NCBI GenBank assembly: GCA_012295275.1
Contig: CM022666.1
Span: 5,394,001 to 5,458,000, forward strand
Reading direction: 5' to 3'
DNA length: 64,000 nucleotides
Origin: Chrysomallon squamiferum
Lineage: Eukaryota > Animalia > Mollusca
Positions 40,071 through 56,575 of the stretch are shown piece by piece; the stretch's first letter is position 1; every line of letters begins with the position of its first letter. Below the pieces are notes generated by a model. It was not told the origin of the DNA. It ran no database searches and was given only the letters and a program-made list of their open reading frames with translations. The position numbers were made by a program, and so were the translations under genes.

Positions 40071-40987
40071 ATCGTCTGGTTCTTGAAACACTTCTGTAAA
40101 AATGTTTAGCCGGATGAAAAAAAAAAAAAAAATAGCTGAGGTAATGTTCTCTTTATCCTTTCCTAAAACCTTGGCTAGTTGGTTTAGTGCAAAGTCAGAA
40201 CAAATCTGTCAAAGCTTGCCAGGTCCTCATTCTACATATCCGCTCTGTTTGCTGATATTGTATCATCCTCGAAAGATCACGTCCAGGGCTGGTTTCCTCT
40301 CAGTGCCAGAAATTCAAACTACCGTGAACGTTACTGTTTATAGATCGCAGCGTGATTTTCTGTGGCTGTTATTATTCTTACCTGCCAACGCATGTGCTAG
40401 AAACTTATCGACCTTACCGCGATGTTTTGTTTTTTCAAGTTGATGTAATATCACTTAATATTATACAAGTGAAATTAGTGCGTGGAAAAATCCTAAACAG
40501 CAAAGTGAACTGGTACATTAAGGTGCCAGTGGCACGGATTCCACGTGCATTTTGTACATTTTCGATGTAATATCACTTTATATTACAGGTCGGTGTAATA
40601 TCACATAATATTATACAAGTGAAACGAGGGCCTGGAAAAATCCTATACAGCAAATTGAACTGGAAAATTAAGGTTGCACATGCATTTTGCACATTTTCGA
40701 TGTAATATCACTTAATATTACAAGTCGGTGTAATATCACTTAATATTATATTATACACATGAAATTAGGACGTGCATAAATCCTAAACAGCATAGTGAAA
40801 TTATAATTTTATATAAATATATATAACCTATGAAATAAGTGAAATAATCCTTTTATATAAATATGTATAATCAATGAAATAAATGAAATTATAATTTTAT
40901 ATAAATATATATTACCTATGAAATAAGTGAAATTATAATTTTATATAAATAAATATAACCTATGAAATAAGTAAAACATTTACTTAC

Positions 40988-41145
40988 CTAAATTAGGCTC
41001 AGTCTGTGTTCATAAAGGAGTGAAGCAAGTCTACGCTCTTTGTCAGGCTTCGTTGATTTTTATACCAGCGACTTTGAAAAGATCTTATTATATTCTTTAC
41101 CAGCTCACTCGATCATTTTTGATTGGCTAAGAGGAAATGTCGTCT
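40988..41145 (-). promoter_or_regulatory. Core promoter and non-coding exon 1 of TNF copy C
   Basis: Donor TTAG|GTAAGT at 40988/40987; TATAAAA at 41064-41058; CCAAT at 41126-41122; paralogous to the copy A and B promoters. Confidence 0.7.
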
Positions 41146-42031
41146 GATTTATTTAAATGTATTGCTTAATGTTTCTTCTTCTGTCGTTTTTAATTTTTCG
41201 CTATAGATTTCGTATAGTCATTTAATATACTATGAATAATATAAGCAAAGTTATTATATTATTGTTTTTGTCTGTTTGTATTGTTCATAAATAAGCTACA
41301 TATTATAGTTGTTATTGCTATAATAGTAGTAGTAATAGTTGTAGTTGTTGTTGTAGTTGTGGTAGTAATAGTAGTAGTTGTTGTTGCGGTTGGTTTTGCG
41401 GTTATTGTTAAATAAAGAGTGCAGCGTAACTTCTAGTCCTGTGTCAACTAAGCCATAAACAACAAAATGAAAACATGTAGTCTGTGTATCACACAGTGTA
41501 AAGTTCCAGCCCGGATTTGTCATCTTACAAGCAATCGGAATAAATAAGTGTAGTGATCAATTATTATTACAGGGCCAGGAATATAAAATGTCTCAGAAAT
41601 ATCTACCTGTGACAGAAGAATCTTCTGTTTGTAAATGTTACTTGTAGCATGACTGTTGATTCAGTCTGCCGAATAAAAAAATAAATAAAGAAATGAGTGA
41701 AATAAAGTAAAATTAAAAAAATAAAAAAATAAATGAAAATAATTATTTGAAACAAAACAAATAAGAATAAAAAATTGTAAAAAGTAAAGTAAAGTAAATA
41801 AATAAAGTAAAATATGCTGACTAAAATAAAAAATAAATAAAAATAAATAAAAATAAAAATGTGATAAAAATAAAATAAAAATACAAAATGATAAAAGTAA
41901 AGTAAAATAAATAAATAAATACAATAAGATATATAAATATAAATTAATTAATTAAATCAATAAAATAAATAAAATAAATAGAGTAAAATAAAAATAAAAA
42001 CAAACAAATAAACCATAAATAAATAAATATA

Positions 42032-42064
<33 letters not shown>

Positions 42065-42515
42065 AAAAAAAGATAAAGAAAAGAGAAACGATATATTCTA
42101 TGTGTCACATTGTGGACATTTATACATAATCGGGATAAATAACTGAAGTCATCCATTTATTACTACAGGGCCAGGAATATGAAATGTCTCAGAAATATCT
42201 GCCTGTTATAGAAGAATCTTCCACTTGTAAACGTTACTTGTATCATGACTGTTGATTCAGTGGCTGCAAAAAACGTCACAATTTTTATATAACAAAATGT
42301 ATTAATTTATAGAGTATTGAATGTGGCGTCATAGTCTACATGGGGTAATTGTTAAGCTTACTGATTAGGTCAATTAGGTTAGATTAAAGAAAGAGGTTTC
42401 ATACTGTGCAGGGGTGGTGACTTGTTACACTTATTAATTAGGCAGGATTAAAGAAAGAGTCTTCATTATATTCGTATATTCTCCATCTTCATCTATTATC
42501 AGAAGTATGTTTAAT

Positions 42516-42785
42516 ATGGAAGTTATTCATACCAATAAGGGTGATATCAAAATCTGTTATGAAGGGTTCGTGTATGCTGCGGCAGAATTTCTTCGTGACA
42601 TCGGGTGGAACATCAGCCTAAACCATCAACATTAAAATCAAAGAACATTAACAAAATACTCTGACAAAATGTGTTTAATCTATCTTTCATTGCTAATATA
42701 TTTCTCAATAAAAAATTGTGACTTTTTTCCTGTGACGTCTTTTCGGGATTAATTACCAGCTCGGAGTGGTAGGTGTTACGGACTC
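42516..42785 (+). mobile_element. Internally deleted MULE/FLYWCH-type element, copy 2
   Basis: Same 120-nt ORF (42516-42635) and downstream sequence as 25462. A shorter copy starts at 43845. Confidence 0.55.
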
Positions 42786-43177
42786 TTGATTCAAACAAAG
42801 ATCTGGCGACACACGTCAAGCTGCAAAGTCGGGAACACGTTGAGAAATAACGTCAGTCCTTTTTCATAAAAGAACCGAGATATTTTTTTTTTTTTTTTTT
42901 TTGGTGGGGGGGGAACTATTCGAGCGGAACGCACTGTGTATCCAGTTATGTAGATGTTTGCTCTTCTTACGTGATTGTTGCGACCGATTAGAATCATTCT
43001 ATCGATCTGTATTATTCTTTATTGCTATATTGAATACAGTTTTAAAGGTGTTTTGTGTTTGTTGTGTTCTAGTGTACAATAAAGGGTGTATACATATATA
43101 TGCTTTCTTATTAGATTAAGCATGTGCTCAGACTTTTGTTTAATAGATATTACCAATGAGTGGATTTTTTTATGTTT

Positions 43178-43298
43178 GTCAGGCTTTGAATACTCACAGA
43201 TGATTGTAGCATTTTATTCTTTAGTACGAAGACACAAAGAACATTTTGTTGCTTCCTACATTTGCGCTGGTGACTATCTGAAAGTCAGTGACACTGTA
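43178..43298 (+). pseudogene. Inverted TNF homology domain fragment
   Basis: VRRHKEHFVASYICAGDYLKVSDTV versus copy A VRGDNERFAASYIGAVYYLKANDTV. Confidence 0.7.
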
Positions 43299-43456
43299 TA
43301 TACACATACACATACATTACATTTTGTCAATTTAAAAAATGTTAAATTAAATAAAAATGTTTATTATTATCTCATCTCTGTTCTGTTGAAGTTGAGCAGC
43401 TTAGATTCACCACCTTACGCATAAAACCGTTATAATAACCGTTATTAATTAATTAA

Positions 43457-43508
<52 letters not shown>

Positions 43509-44224
43509 TTTATATATCAAAATATATGAATTTATAGAGTATTGAATGTGGCATCATAGTCTACATGGGGTAATTGTTAAGCTTACTGATTAGGTCAATT
43601 AAGCTAGATTAAAGAAAGAGGTTTCATACTGTGCAGGGGTGATGACTTGTTACACTTATTAATTAGGCAGGATTAAAGAAAGAGTCTTCATATTGTGCAG
43701 GGGTGATGCTTGAGTCCAGCTTACTGATTAGGATAGATTTAAACTAAGGGCTTCCTATTGTAAATGATTTATAAAATGTTCAATGTTAAAATGTGTTTTA
43801 CTATATATTCTCCAGCTTGCTCTAGTATCAGAAGTATGTTTAATATGGAAGTTATTCATAGCAATATGGATGGTAATAAAATCTGTTACACTGCGACAAA
43901 ATTTCTTCGTGATATCGGGTGGAACATCAGACTAAACCATCAACATTGTAATCAAAGAACATTAACATGTTGAAAAATAAAGCGAGCCCCTTTGCTTTTT
44001 CATAAACGATTTTTTGTTTGTTTCCAGGGTAACGGTCGCTGTCCACTGAACGCACTGTGTAACTAGTTATGTAGATGTTTGCTCTTCTGTATTAACTTGT
44101 ATGTGATTGTTCTGACAGATTACATGTGTGTTTCTGTGTTTGTGTTTGTCTGTCTGTGTTTGTGTATATGTATAAAATATATGTGTATGTGTGCGTGTAT
44201 GTTTATATTTGTGTTTGTCTATGT

Positions 44225-44610
44225 GTCTGTGTTAACTTATAACTTTTATCGGCTTTTGTATGACTTTCACTCTGTTTCTAAAAAGAATTTTGATAACGAC
44301 TTTGAAACTCGTCCATAATAATCAAGTTTAAATTAATAAATATGTGTCACCACAATGAATTTCTCCTTTTCATAATACAAATATTATATTATTAAACGTA
44401 TATCGATCTTTCTTCTCAGTTTCATTTATAATGAACTTAACCATTTAATATTTTTATATAGAATTTACCCATTTCTACATACAACATTTGTGTTGCTGTT
44501 ACTGATGCATTTAATGCATTTATGAAACTGATGCTTACAAGTTTAGTACTACAAGAGAAATGACAATGACTGGACGAACTGACTTCATTTTCCTTTAGAT
44601 GGAGTCTGTG
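44225..44610 (-). pseudogene. Degenerate TNF fragment (small exon without donor + eroded TM exon)
   Basis: 44236-44280 resembles the 37-nt exon but its GT donor is mutated. 44500-44610 aligns to the TM exon 5' end (GAAACTGATG...AGTTTAGTAC...AATGACTGGACGAACT) with deletions. Confidence 0.7.
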
Positions 44611-46429
44611 CCAAACATAATAAAAATGTTATTAATAATCAATAATACCAAGATAAAGACACACACACAAATAACATTCTTTCAAAAAATATCAATAAAA
44701 TATAAAGTAAAATAATAAATAAAACCACATACACACACGCACAGAAAAGCGTGGAAGAGATACTACACAAAGAACAGAATATTGTTTCAAACAATTAAAA
44801 TAAGACTACAGGAAAATAATGACAAATCTTGCGAAAATATGTATTGCCTTCTACTACCTTTTCTTTACATAAATGAATATATTATTAGAAGATAATAATA
44901 TTGTATTGAAAACAAACAGAATTTTTTTTTTTTTTTTTTGGGGGGAAATGGGGGATTTTTTCGATGACGCTTTGTCCTTCAAATCACATTTTGACTGAAG
45001 ATTAGAAAATATAACCTTATCGAGAGGATTCAATAACCGACCAGTAGGTTGTTATTGTTGTAGTTCTTCTTATCATTATTAATATCAAGATAAAAGCAGG
45101 GTCAGCAACCTGTTGCACAGAGGAGGCCAGACAGGCATGCAATGTTTTCCAAAGAAGATGACAGACATTTAAGATATCGTGACAATCACAGCTTAGATCA
45201 ACATTTCACAGCCACGACGTCATTGTAGGTCATGGAAACTCGTGGGCCGTGCATTGTTTACGTGGGCCGTGCAACAATTGTTTTAAACAGCAACAGTACA
45301 AAAACAACATAAATTCTTTAAAACAGTTTAGGAAAACACTGCTCGGGTAGAATTACTTTTAAAGATAATGAATGCACTGGAGCTTATAAGAAAAATGTCA
45401 AATGAACAACTATTGTTACAGTCGGGTTTTCCAGCTATTAATCAAATAGACAAGGACGACTGCATAATTATTAAAACTTAATCATGATATGTGTTTGTGA
45501 ATGTGCATGTATGTAGGTGTATCTATATAAGTATGTGATATGTACATGGTTATATAACAGCAATATTTAACTTACTGTCTATAAAGTACACAAATTTTGC
45601 TTCATAAAATAAAACTTAAATCATGTCACTGACTGGTGTATAAGTGAAAAGTGAGTTGAAAAATATTCTCATTAATTTTACTTGATATTTAAAAAAGAAA
45701 AGAAGAAAAAGAAGAAAACGATAAATGAAGAACAAGACATTTGTACTACATTTAAAGTAACTATCCAAGTAATAAAAATTATGAACAGGTGACCATAGGT
45801 ATCACAGCAGTCTTTATTTAACAACAATGACAGCAGCAAACAAAACTAATTATAATGATGATGATGATAATAATGACAAATTTAGTAGCAGTAGCAGCAG
45901 CAGCACTAATATAAATAGTAGCAGTAGTAGAAAGAATAATATTAGTAATCATGATTATATAGTAATAATATAAATAGTAGCAGTAGTAGAAAGAATAATA
46001 TTAGTAATCATGATAATATAGTAATAATATAGCAGTAGTAATAATGATGAAATGATAGTGGTGATGAAGTTAATGATAATTATGATAGTCATAATAAAAT
46101 TAATAATGATGATGATGATGGTAGTGATAATAAAATTAAAACATAATATTTATGATTCTGAAATGCGTCTAAAAAGAAAAGTCTTATTGTGATAAAACAA
46201 AAAATGCTTTAAATAGATTGTTTATTATACAGATTTTACATGAAATTTTAAATGTAACGTTTATATAAACATTTATTACTCTGATCATTTCAATGCATGA
46301 GTACACACTGTATAAAGAACACTTAACTTGTATTACTCATTATAAACCAATCAGCGAACATTTAACTTTCATCAGTTAATTTACATAGAAAGCCAGTAAT
46401 ATTTAAATATGTATTCACTGAATACAGCA

Positions 46430-46547
<118 letters not shown>

Positions 46548-46889
46548 TCTTCAATACTGAGCATCAAAAACGGATGCTAGGAAGCAAGGCTGATTTGGTC
46601 AGGAAATCAAATGTGAAAATAGAAATTTATGTAACATAAACCACCGCCCCTATCATTCTGCCGCCCTCGACACTAGCCTAGCAAACCTGTGTGGGAAATC
46701 CGGCCCTGCATACAAATACATAATTATAAAAAAGTTTCTGCATACATAAATATGTGTGGCTATGTGCTTTGGTGCGAGTGTCCTTTTGTGTGTTTGTCTG
46801 TGTTTGTGTTTATGTATATAATGACTGAGTATGTCTCTGTGTTTGTGTGTCTGTGTGTGTAAGTTTATGATTTGCTTTTGTATATGTCT

Positions 46890-47040
46890 GTGCTAACTTG
46901 CCACTTTTCCCTGCTTTTGTATGATTTTCAAACAGTTTCTGAAAAGAATATTAATAACCATTTTAAATTTCGTCTATTTTAAATTAATTATAAATTTATA
47001 AATATTTTTCAGCACAATGAATTTCTCCTTTTCATAATAT
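46890..47040 (-). pseudogene. Isolated degenerate copy of the TNF 37-nt exon with flanking intron
   Basis: CCACTTTTCCCTGCTTTTGTATGATTTTCAAACAGTTTCTGAAAAGAAT matches 5279-5330; the donor has changed to GC. Confidence 0.6.
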
Positions 47041-47736
47041 TAAAGTAGAGTTCATCTTTTGTGAACGATGATGATTTTCGTTGATTATTTTATTAATAAA
47101 ATTCTGGGTGATGATGTAGACAATAAAATTATCAACGATGAGGTTGACATTGAATTTTTGAATGAGGATCTTGACAGTAAAATTCTGAATAATGATGATG
47201 ACAGTGAAAATCTGAATGATGATGTAGGATGATGGCCATGACAACCTCTGTTTTTACTTATGAGAATGTAACATTTTTAGGTTTTAAATTAATTTCTTTT
47301 CGTCTATCTTTCATTGTCTGATCGTCGCTGGTTTCAAAAATTATTCTTAGCCTGACAAAACCAGATCTGTTAAAAGATGAAAAGAGAGAAAGTAAAAAGA
47401 AAAAAGAATTAATTTCATGGAATAAGTTTAGATCATATATATATGAAAGAAATTAAAATATATATATATATAGATATATATATATATATATATACATATA
47501 TATAATTAATTCATTAATAATTAATAAGTATAAGTAATTAAATAATAACAACTTTCAATTAAATAAAACTGTACAAAAAATATTCATTAATTAATTTAAT
47601 AGATCAATAGTTTAACTAATAATAACAATAAACTAACTATAATGATCACAAACAAACAAATAAAATAATATTCTTTACAACTAAAATTAAAAGAAAATTA
47701 ATATTCAAGAGACCATCTTAGACAGAAATAATTTAC

Positions 47737-47832
47737 CTTCTTACGTAGATCCATAAAACTGAACCAAACAGTTCCTTGAGCACCACAATGGACAAAAATA
47801 GTTGGTTTTCTGCAATGTCTGGTCTCTCCGTC
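47737..47832 (-). other. Orphan 96-nt exon-like segment of unknown gene
   Basis: Acceptor TTTACTTTCACAG and donor AAG|GTAAAT. Two frames are open (DGETRHCRKPTIFVHCGAQGTVWFSFMDLRKK or TERPDIAENQLFLSIVVLKELFGSVLWIYVR). The acceptor side is duplicated near 62373-62460. Confidence 0.4.
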
Positions 47833-47999
47833 CTGTGAAAGTAAATTGTAAAAACAGATAATTAAAATTTAAACAAATATAAAAAAAACATATTACTTCT
47901 ATTAGTGTCTTTAAGGTTGCTAAACACACTCAGATATATACAAATAATATTTGATAAAACGTTTTGCCATGACTGGATAAATTCATTCATTTTCTGTTT

Positions 48000-49561
<1,562 letters not shown>

Positions 49562-50265
49562 CGCACAACAGATACTACACAAACAACATAATATTTTTTC
49601 AAACAATTAAAATAAGACTATAGGAAAATAATGACATATCTTTCAGAAATATATATTGCCTTATTCTTCCTTTTCGTTAACGAAATGATTTTTATATTAT
49701 GTGTTAGAGACAGCTGCACTTTAGAAGATAATAATATTGAATTGAAAACGAACAGAAAATTAAGTTTCCCATAAATTGGGTTTTTTCCGATGACGCGTAG
49801 TCCTTCAAATCACATTTTGATTGGCTCTGAGAAAATAAAATATTATCGAGAGGATGACATGCCTTACAAAATTAATAATTAAAAGTTGCACAATATTCAT
49901 AAATAAACTATGTGCATTTATTACTGGTTGTTACCGTTGTAGTTCTTGTTATTATTAATATTAACGTTCAGAGTTCAGGTGGGAAAAAACACAAAAAACT
50001 ACAACAATAAAACGACCAAAAAACCCAACAACAACAACAATAATAAACAAAAAACAAAACAGTACAAATAAATCACATACTATTCTAATACGCGAACACA
50101 GAGAAGAGAGGGGGCCAGTCAGCTGTGGTGTTTTTGGACGAGGGCCAAGTTAATGTAATAATTGGATTCCAAGTGTTCAGGTAGGATTACTTTTAAAGAT
50201 AAACAGATGATATTTTAAATTATTACCGTCATCGACGAATATAAAACTATTAAAACTCAGTAATG

Positions 50266-50321
<56 letters not shown>

Positions 50322-51155
50322 ATCTATGTATGTGATATGAACATGGTTTTATAACAACAATATATAACCTATTGTGTATAAAGTATACAAATTATCCTTC
50401 ATAAATTAAATCATGTCACTGGTGTATAAGTGAAAAGTCAGTTGAAAAATATTCTCATTAATTTTACTTGATATTTAAAAAAGAGTAGAAGAAAAAGAAG
50501 AAAATGATAAATGCAGAACAAGACATTTGTACTACATTTAAAGTAACTATCCAAGTAATAAAAATTATGAACAGATGAACAGAGGTATCACTGTAGTCTT
50601 TATTTAACAACAATGTCAGCAGCAAACAATACTAATTATACTGATGATGATGATGATGATAAATTTAATAGTAGTAGTAGTAGCAGCAGCACTAATATAA
50701 ATAAAAAGAATAATAGAAAGAATAATACTAGTAATCATGATTATATGGTAATAATATAGTAGTAGTTATAATGATGAAGATGATAGTGGTAATAAAGTTA
50801 ATGACAATTATGACATCATAAAATTAATAATGATGATGATGATAATAGCGAAAATAAAATTAATAATCATAATATTTATGATTTTGGAATGCTTCTAAAA
50901 AGAAAAGTCTTATTGTGATAAAACAAAAAAATGCTTTAAATAGATTGTTTATTATGCAAATTGTACATGAAAATTTAATGTAGCATATATGTATATTTGT
51001 CACTCTCATAATTTCATTGCATAAGTACATACTGTATAAAGTACACTTAACTTGTATTATTCATTATAAACCAATCAGTGAACATTTAACTTTCATCAGT
51101 TAATTTATATAGAAAACCATTAATACTCAAAAATTTATTCACTGAATACAGCACA

Positions 51156-51271
<116 letters not shown>

Positions 51272-52064
51272 CATCTTCAAAACTGAGCATCAAAACGGGA
51301 TACTAGGAAGCAAGGCTGCTTTGGTCTGGAGATTTAAAGAAAAAAGAAAGTTAATGTAATAATTGGTGTCCAAGTTTTCAGTTGACAGCCGTACTAAATT
51401 CCTCGCCGAACTCTGAACTACACCGTTACTTCTGTTCACGTGTTCGGTAAGTTATACTAACCTATATATAACAGTACTGTCACCGATGTATAATAATACT
51501 ATCACGTGCCGGGATTTCCAGTAACCAATGACTACGTCAAAGTCTGTGTACGAACAATGAGGGAACTATTATCTGATGTAAATTTAGCTTTCATGAATCT
51601 ATGCGCAGCCGTATTAACAAGAGGTAAGCACGCGAAATAGGGTGTTATGTTTGTGGTATTGTACTCTAGAATACACACTGACATGCGCAGTTTACTAAAT
51701 GACGCGATAAATTGGAAGTGTACTGATCAAAAAATGTTAATATGTAAAGTTATTCAACTTACTGGGTAAAAATAATTAAGTTCAGTAATCGTGAATTGTG
51801 GTACATCTACAAAGTCATTTTATACACATGTACATACTATTATGTAAATTTAGTTAATATTCGCAGTTTATTACTTTACTGCACAACTTTATTCAGAGCA
51901 AAGACCAGCTGGAAAAAAGCCCAATGATGATGATGAAGATGATGATGATAAATTTAATAGTAGTAGTAGCAGCAACAGCAGCACTAATTTCAGTAGTAGT
52001 AGTAGTAGTAGTAAGAATAGTACTAATAATGTTGATTAGTAGCAGTAGTAGTAACTATGATGAC

Positions 52065-52270
52065 GATAGTGATAATAAAATTAATGATGATGATGATAGT
52101 GATAATAAAATTAATAATGATGATGATAGTGATAATAAAATTAATGATGATGATGATAGTGATAATAAAATTAATAATGATGATGATAGTGATAATAAAA
52201 TTAATGATGATGATGATAGTGATAATAAAATTAATGATGATGACGATAATGATAATAAAATTAATAATAA
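52065..52270. repeat. 30-bp minisatellite (about 6-7 units)
   Basis: GATGATGATAGTGATAATAAAATTAAT(G/A)AT repeated; expanded from a motif present once or twice in paralogous modules. Confidence 0.85.
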
Positions 52271-54362
52271 TATTAATATTTATGTTTTTGAAATGCTTCT
52301 AAAAAGAATTTTTTTGTGATAAAACAAAAAAATGCTTTAAATAGATTGTTTATTATGCAAATTTTACATGAAATTTAAATGTAGCACATATAAACATTTA
52401 TTATTCTCATAATTTCAATGCATGAGTACATACTGTATAAAGAACATTTAACTTGTATTATTCATTATAAACCAATCAGCGAACATTTAACTTTCATCAG
52501 TCAATTTATATAGAAAACCAATATTATGTAAATATTTATTCACTGAATACATCTCTAGAACACATTCAGTGTTTGTAGAACATCCACTGTACAGATTTAC
52601 AGAACACAGACCATCAATAGTACACACATTACGTATTCACTGTACAAAGAAAAGCCACTATACATGGAGTATTCATCATCATTTAACATTAATTATATTT
52701 ACAACATCCACAGATGTACATGTTTAGATATCAACTGTTCAAAAACATCTTTGTACATAGAACATCTGCAGCAGAACATCCATTTTGTACAGAACATCTA
52801 CCATACAAGAACATTCACTTTACACTGAACATCTACTGTACTTGAGCATCAATGTACAGTGTATACAGAACATCTGTACAAGATCATCTTTTTACACAGG
52901 ACAAAGACTGTAGAACAACCACTGTATACAGAACATTCACTGCAGAAGAACACATTTTGTACATAGAATATCATCTGTACTAGAGCATCCACTATACAAC
53001 GAATATCCAGTGTACAAGAATATCCAGTAAAAAAAAAAAAAAATTCTGAATAATAATGATGACAGTGAAAAATGTAGGATGATGACCATGACAACCTTTC
53101 TTCTTACTTATAATATTTTTAGGTTTTAAATTAATTTCTTTTCATGCATCTTTCATTGTCTGATCCTCGCTGGTTTAAAAAAGTATTCTTAGCCTGACAA
53201 AAACCAGATCTGTTAAAAGATGAAAAGAGAGAAAGTAAAAAAAAAAAAATAATTTCATGGAGTAAGTTTAGTTCAAATAAAATGAAAGAAATAATTATTT
53301 GTTTATCTGTTCTGCATGAGAAACAAGTCAACTGTTGATCATTTCAGCTTGGAGGTCTATGAATCTGTTCTGAACTTTAAAAAAATATATATTAAAATAC
53401 ACTGAATATTCCAGATCACAGCATGTCAGTTTTATAATATCATATACTGAATACATGATATTTGCTTTACTGAATCTTTAATACTACATTCTTTGATTTG
53501 TAAATTACAGAATACATACTTTAATGTAACGATCTTTAAGGTTACCGTACTGGAATAATACTGTATCACTTGGTATATAAATTACATGGCATCTAATGCA
53601 CTCTATTAATCTTTAATACTGTATCCCTGGATATATTAGTTACATGGTATGTACTGCACTGTATTAATCGTTAAGGTCTATGAATCAATTCTGAAATTTA
53701 AAACAAATATATATTCAGATACACTGTATATTCTACATCACAGTATTTCAGTTTTATAATATCATACACTGAATATATGGTATTTGTTATGCTGAATCTT
53801 TAGTATTATATCCTTTGATTTATAAATTACATGATATGTACTGTAATAATTTTGTATATTATATCCTTGAATATACACATTAATGTATTCATTTATACTC
53901 TGCACCACAGGACCTCATTTGTTTATAAAATAATACACAGAATACATATTATTTGCAATACTGAATCTGTAATATTATATCTTTGAATATATAAATTACA
54001 TGGTATGTACTGTATTTTATTATATATTATTTAATACTATATTCCTGGATACATAAATTACATGGTATGTACTGCACTCTATTAATCTTTAATACTGGAT
54101 ATATAAATTACATGGTATGTACTGCAGTCTATTAATCTTTAATACTGGATACATAAATTACATGGTATGTACTGTACTTAATTATATAATATTTAATACT
54201 GTCTCGTCGTAAATATAAACTACATGATATGAAATGTACTGGAATAATACTGTATTCTGCATGTTTAAAATATATTATTCTGCAACTTTTGTCTTATTTC
54301 CAATTAAAATGTGTTTCACTGTATATACTCCAGCTTGCTTTAGTATTAGAAGTATATATAAT

Positions 54363-54580
54363 ATGGAAGTTATTCATAGCAATAAGGGTGATATCAAAAT
54401 CTGTTATGAAGGGTTCCTGTATGCTGCCGTACAATTTCTTCGTGATATCGAGTGGAATATCAGACTAAACCATCAACATTAAAATCAAAGAACATTAACA
54501 AAATGTGTTTAATCTATCTTTTATTGCTAATATATTTTTTTCGGGATTAATTACCAGCTCGGAGTGCTAGGTGTTACTGA
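54363..54580 (+). mobile_element. Internally deleted MULE/FLYWCH-type element, copy 3
   Basis: MEVIHSNKGDIKICYEGFLYAAVQFLRDIEWNIRLNHQH* at 54363-54482. Confidence 0.55.
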
Positions 54581-54987
54581 CCTTTGTTGTTTATCAGAAA
54601 GATCTGGCGACACACGTCAAGCTGCAAGGTCGGGAACACGTTGACAAATAACGTGAGTCACTTTTTCATAAAAGTGCGGAGATTATTATTATTTTTTTTT
54701 TTTTGGTCAGGGTAAAGGTCGCTGTCCACTGAATGCACTGTGTAACTAGTTATTTATATGTTTGCTCTTCTGTATTAATCCTGACGTGATTGTTGTGATC
54801 GATTACCATCATTCTATTCATCTATATTATTCTTTACTGCTATATTGAATACAGTGTTAAAAGTGTATTGCGTTTGTTGTGTTCTAGTGTATATATACAC
54901 ATATATGCTTTATTATTAGATTATGCATGTGTTCATATTTTTGTTTAATAGATATTACCAGTGAAGGAATTTTTTTTTTTATGTTTG

Positions 54988-55107
54988 CCAGGCTTTGAAT
55001 ACTCACAGATAATTTTAGCCTATTATTCTTTAGTACGAAGACACCAAAAACATTTTGTTGCTTCATACATTGGAGCTGTTGACTGCCTGAAAGTCAGTGA
55101 CACTGTA
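54988..55107 (+). pseudogene. Inverted TNF homology domain fragment
   Basis: VRRHQKHFVASYIGAVDCLKVSDTV; paralogous to 43178-43298. Confidence 0.72.
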
Positions 55108-55301
55108 TGTAAACAAACACATACATTATATACATACATTATTATATACATACATTATTATACACATACATTATTTTATAAATATGTAAAATTGTTAAAT
55201 TAAATAAAAAAAATTATTGTTATCTCAACTCTATTCTGTTGAAGTCGAGCAGCTTAGATTAACCACCTTACGCTTAGAACCGTTATAATAACCGTTATTA
55301 A

Positions 55302-55333
<32 letters not shown>

Positions 55334-55461
55334 TTTATTTAATTATTAGTTTATTTATTTATTTATTCGTTTATTTAATATTGTTGTTGTTGTTGTTGCT
55401 AGTTAGTTATTTTGGTCCATATAAAGAGAGACTATACATTTTTTTCAATTAAATTTGTTAA

Positions 55462-55498
<37 letters not shown>

Positions 55499-56493
55499 TC
55501 CATACCCAGACACACACACACACACACACACACACGCTTTGTTTTTTTCTCCTAAGGATTTTTCTGAGAAGTAATAAATACTCATTTCATTCGTCAACTG
55601 GGCTATAAATGGATGTTACGTCAGTCGAATGTGCACGTACGTAGGCGTATCCATATAATCATGTGATAAGTACATGGTTCTATAACAGCAGTATTTAACT
55701 TACTGTCTATAAAGTACACAAATTATGCTTCATAAAATAAAAATTAAATCATGTCAGTGACTGGTGTATAAGTGAAAAGTGAGTTCAAAAATATTCTCAT
55801 TAATTTTACTTGATATTCAAAAAAGAAAAGAAGAAAAAGAAGAAAATGATAAATGCAGAACAAGACATTTGTACTACATTTAAAGTAACTATCCAAGTAA
55901 TAAAAAGTATGAACAGGTGACCAAAGGTGTCGCTGTAGTCTTTATTTAACAAAAATGTCAACATCAAACAAAACTAATGATTATGATGATGATGATGATA
56001 AATTTAATAGTAGTAGTAGCGGTAGCACTAATATAAATAGCAGGAGTAGTAGAAAGAATAATACTAGTAATCATAATTATATAGTAATAATATAGCAGTA
56101 GTAATAATGATGAAAGTGATAGTGGTGATGAAGTTAATGATAATTATAACAGTGATAATAAAATTAATAATGATGATGATGATGGTAGTGATAATAAAAT
56201 TAAAACATAATATTTACAATTCTGAAATGCGTCTAAAAAGAAATGTCTTATTGTGATAAAACAAAAAATGCTTTAAATAGATTGTTTATTATGCAAATTT
56301 TACATGAAAATTTAAATGTAAGTATATATAAACATTTGTTACTCTGATCATTTCATTGCATGAGTACATACTGTATAAAAACACTTAACTTGTATTACTC
56401 ATTATAAACCAATCAGCGAACATTTAACTTTCATCAGTCAATTTATATAGAAAACCAGTAATATTTAAATATTTTTTCACTGAATACAGCACA

Positions 56494-56575
<82 letters not shown>

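Noticed and set aside
51924-52319. Signal-peptide-like plus Asp-rich ORF (131 aa)
   Set aside because: Built from GAT/AGT triplet runs and a 30-bp minisatellite in a repeated module; paralogous modules are not open.
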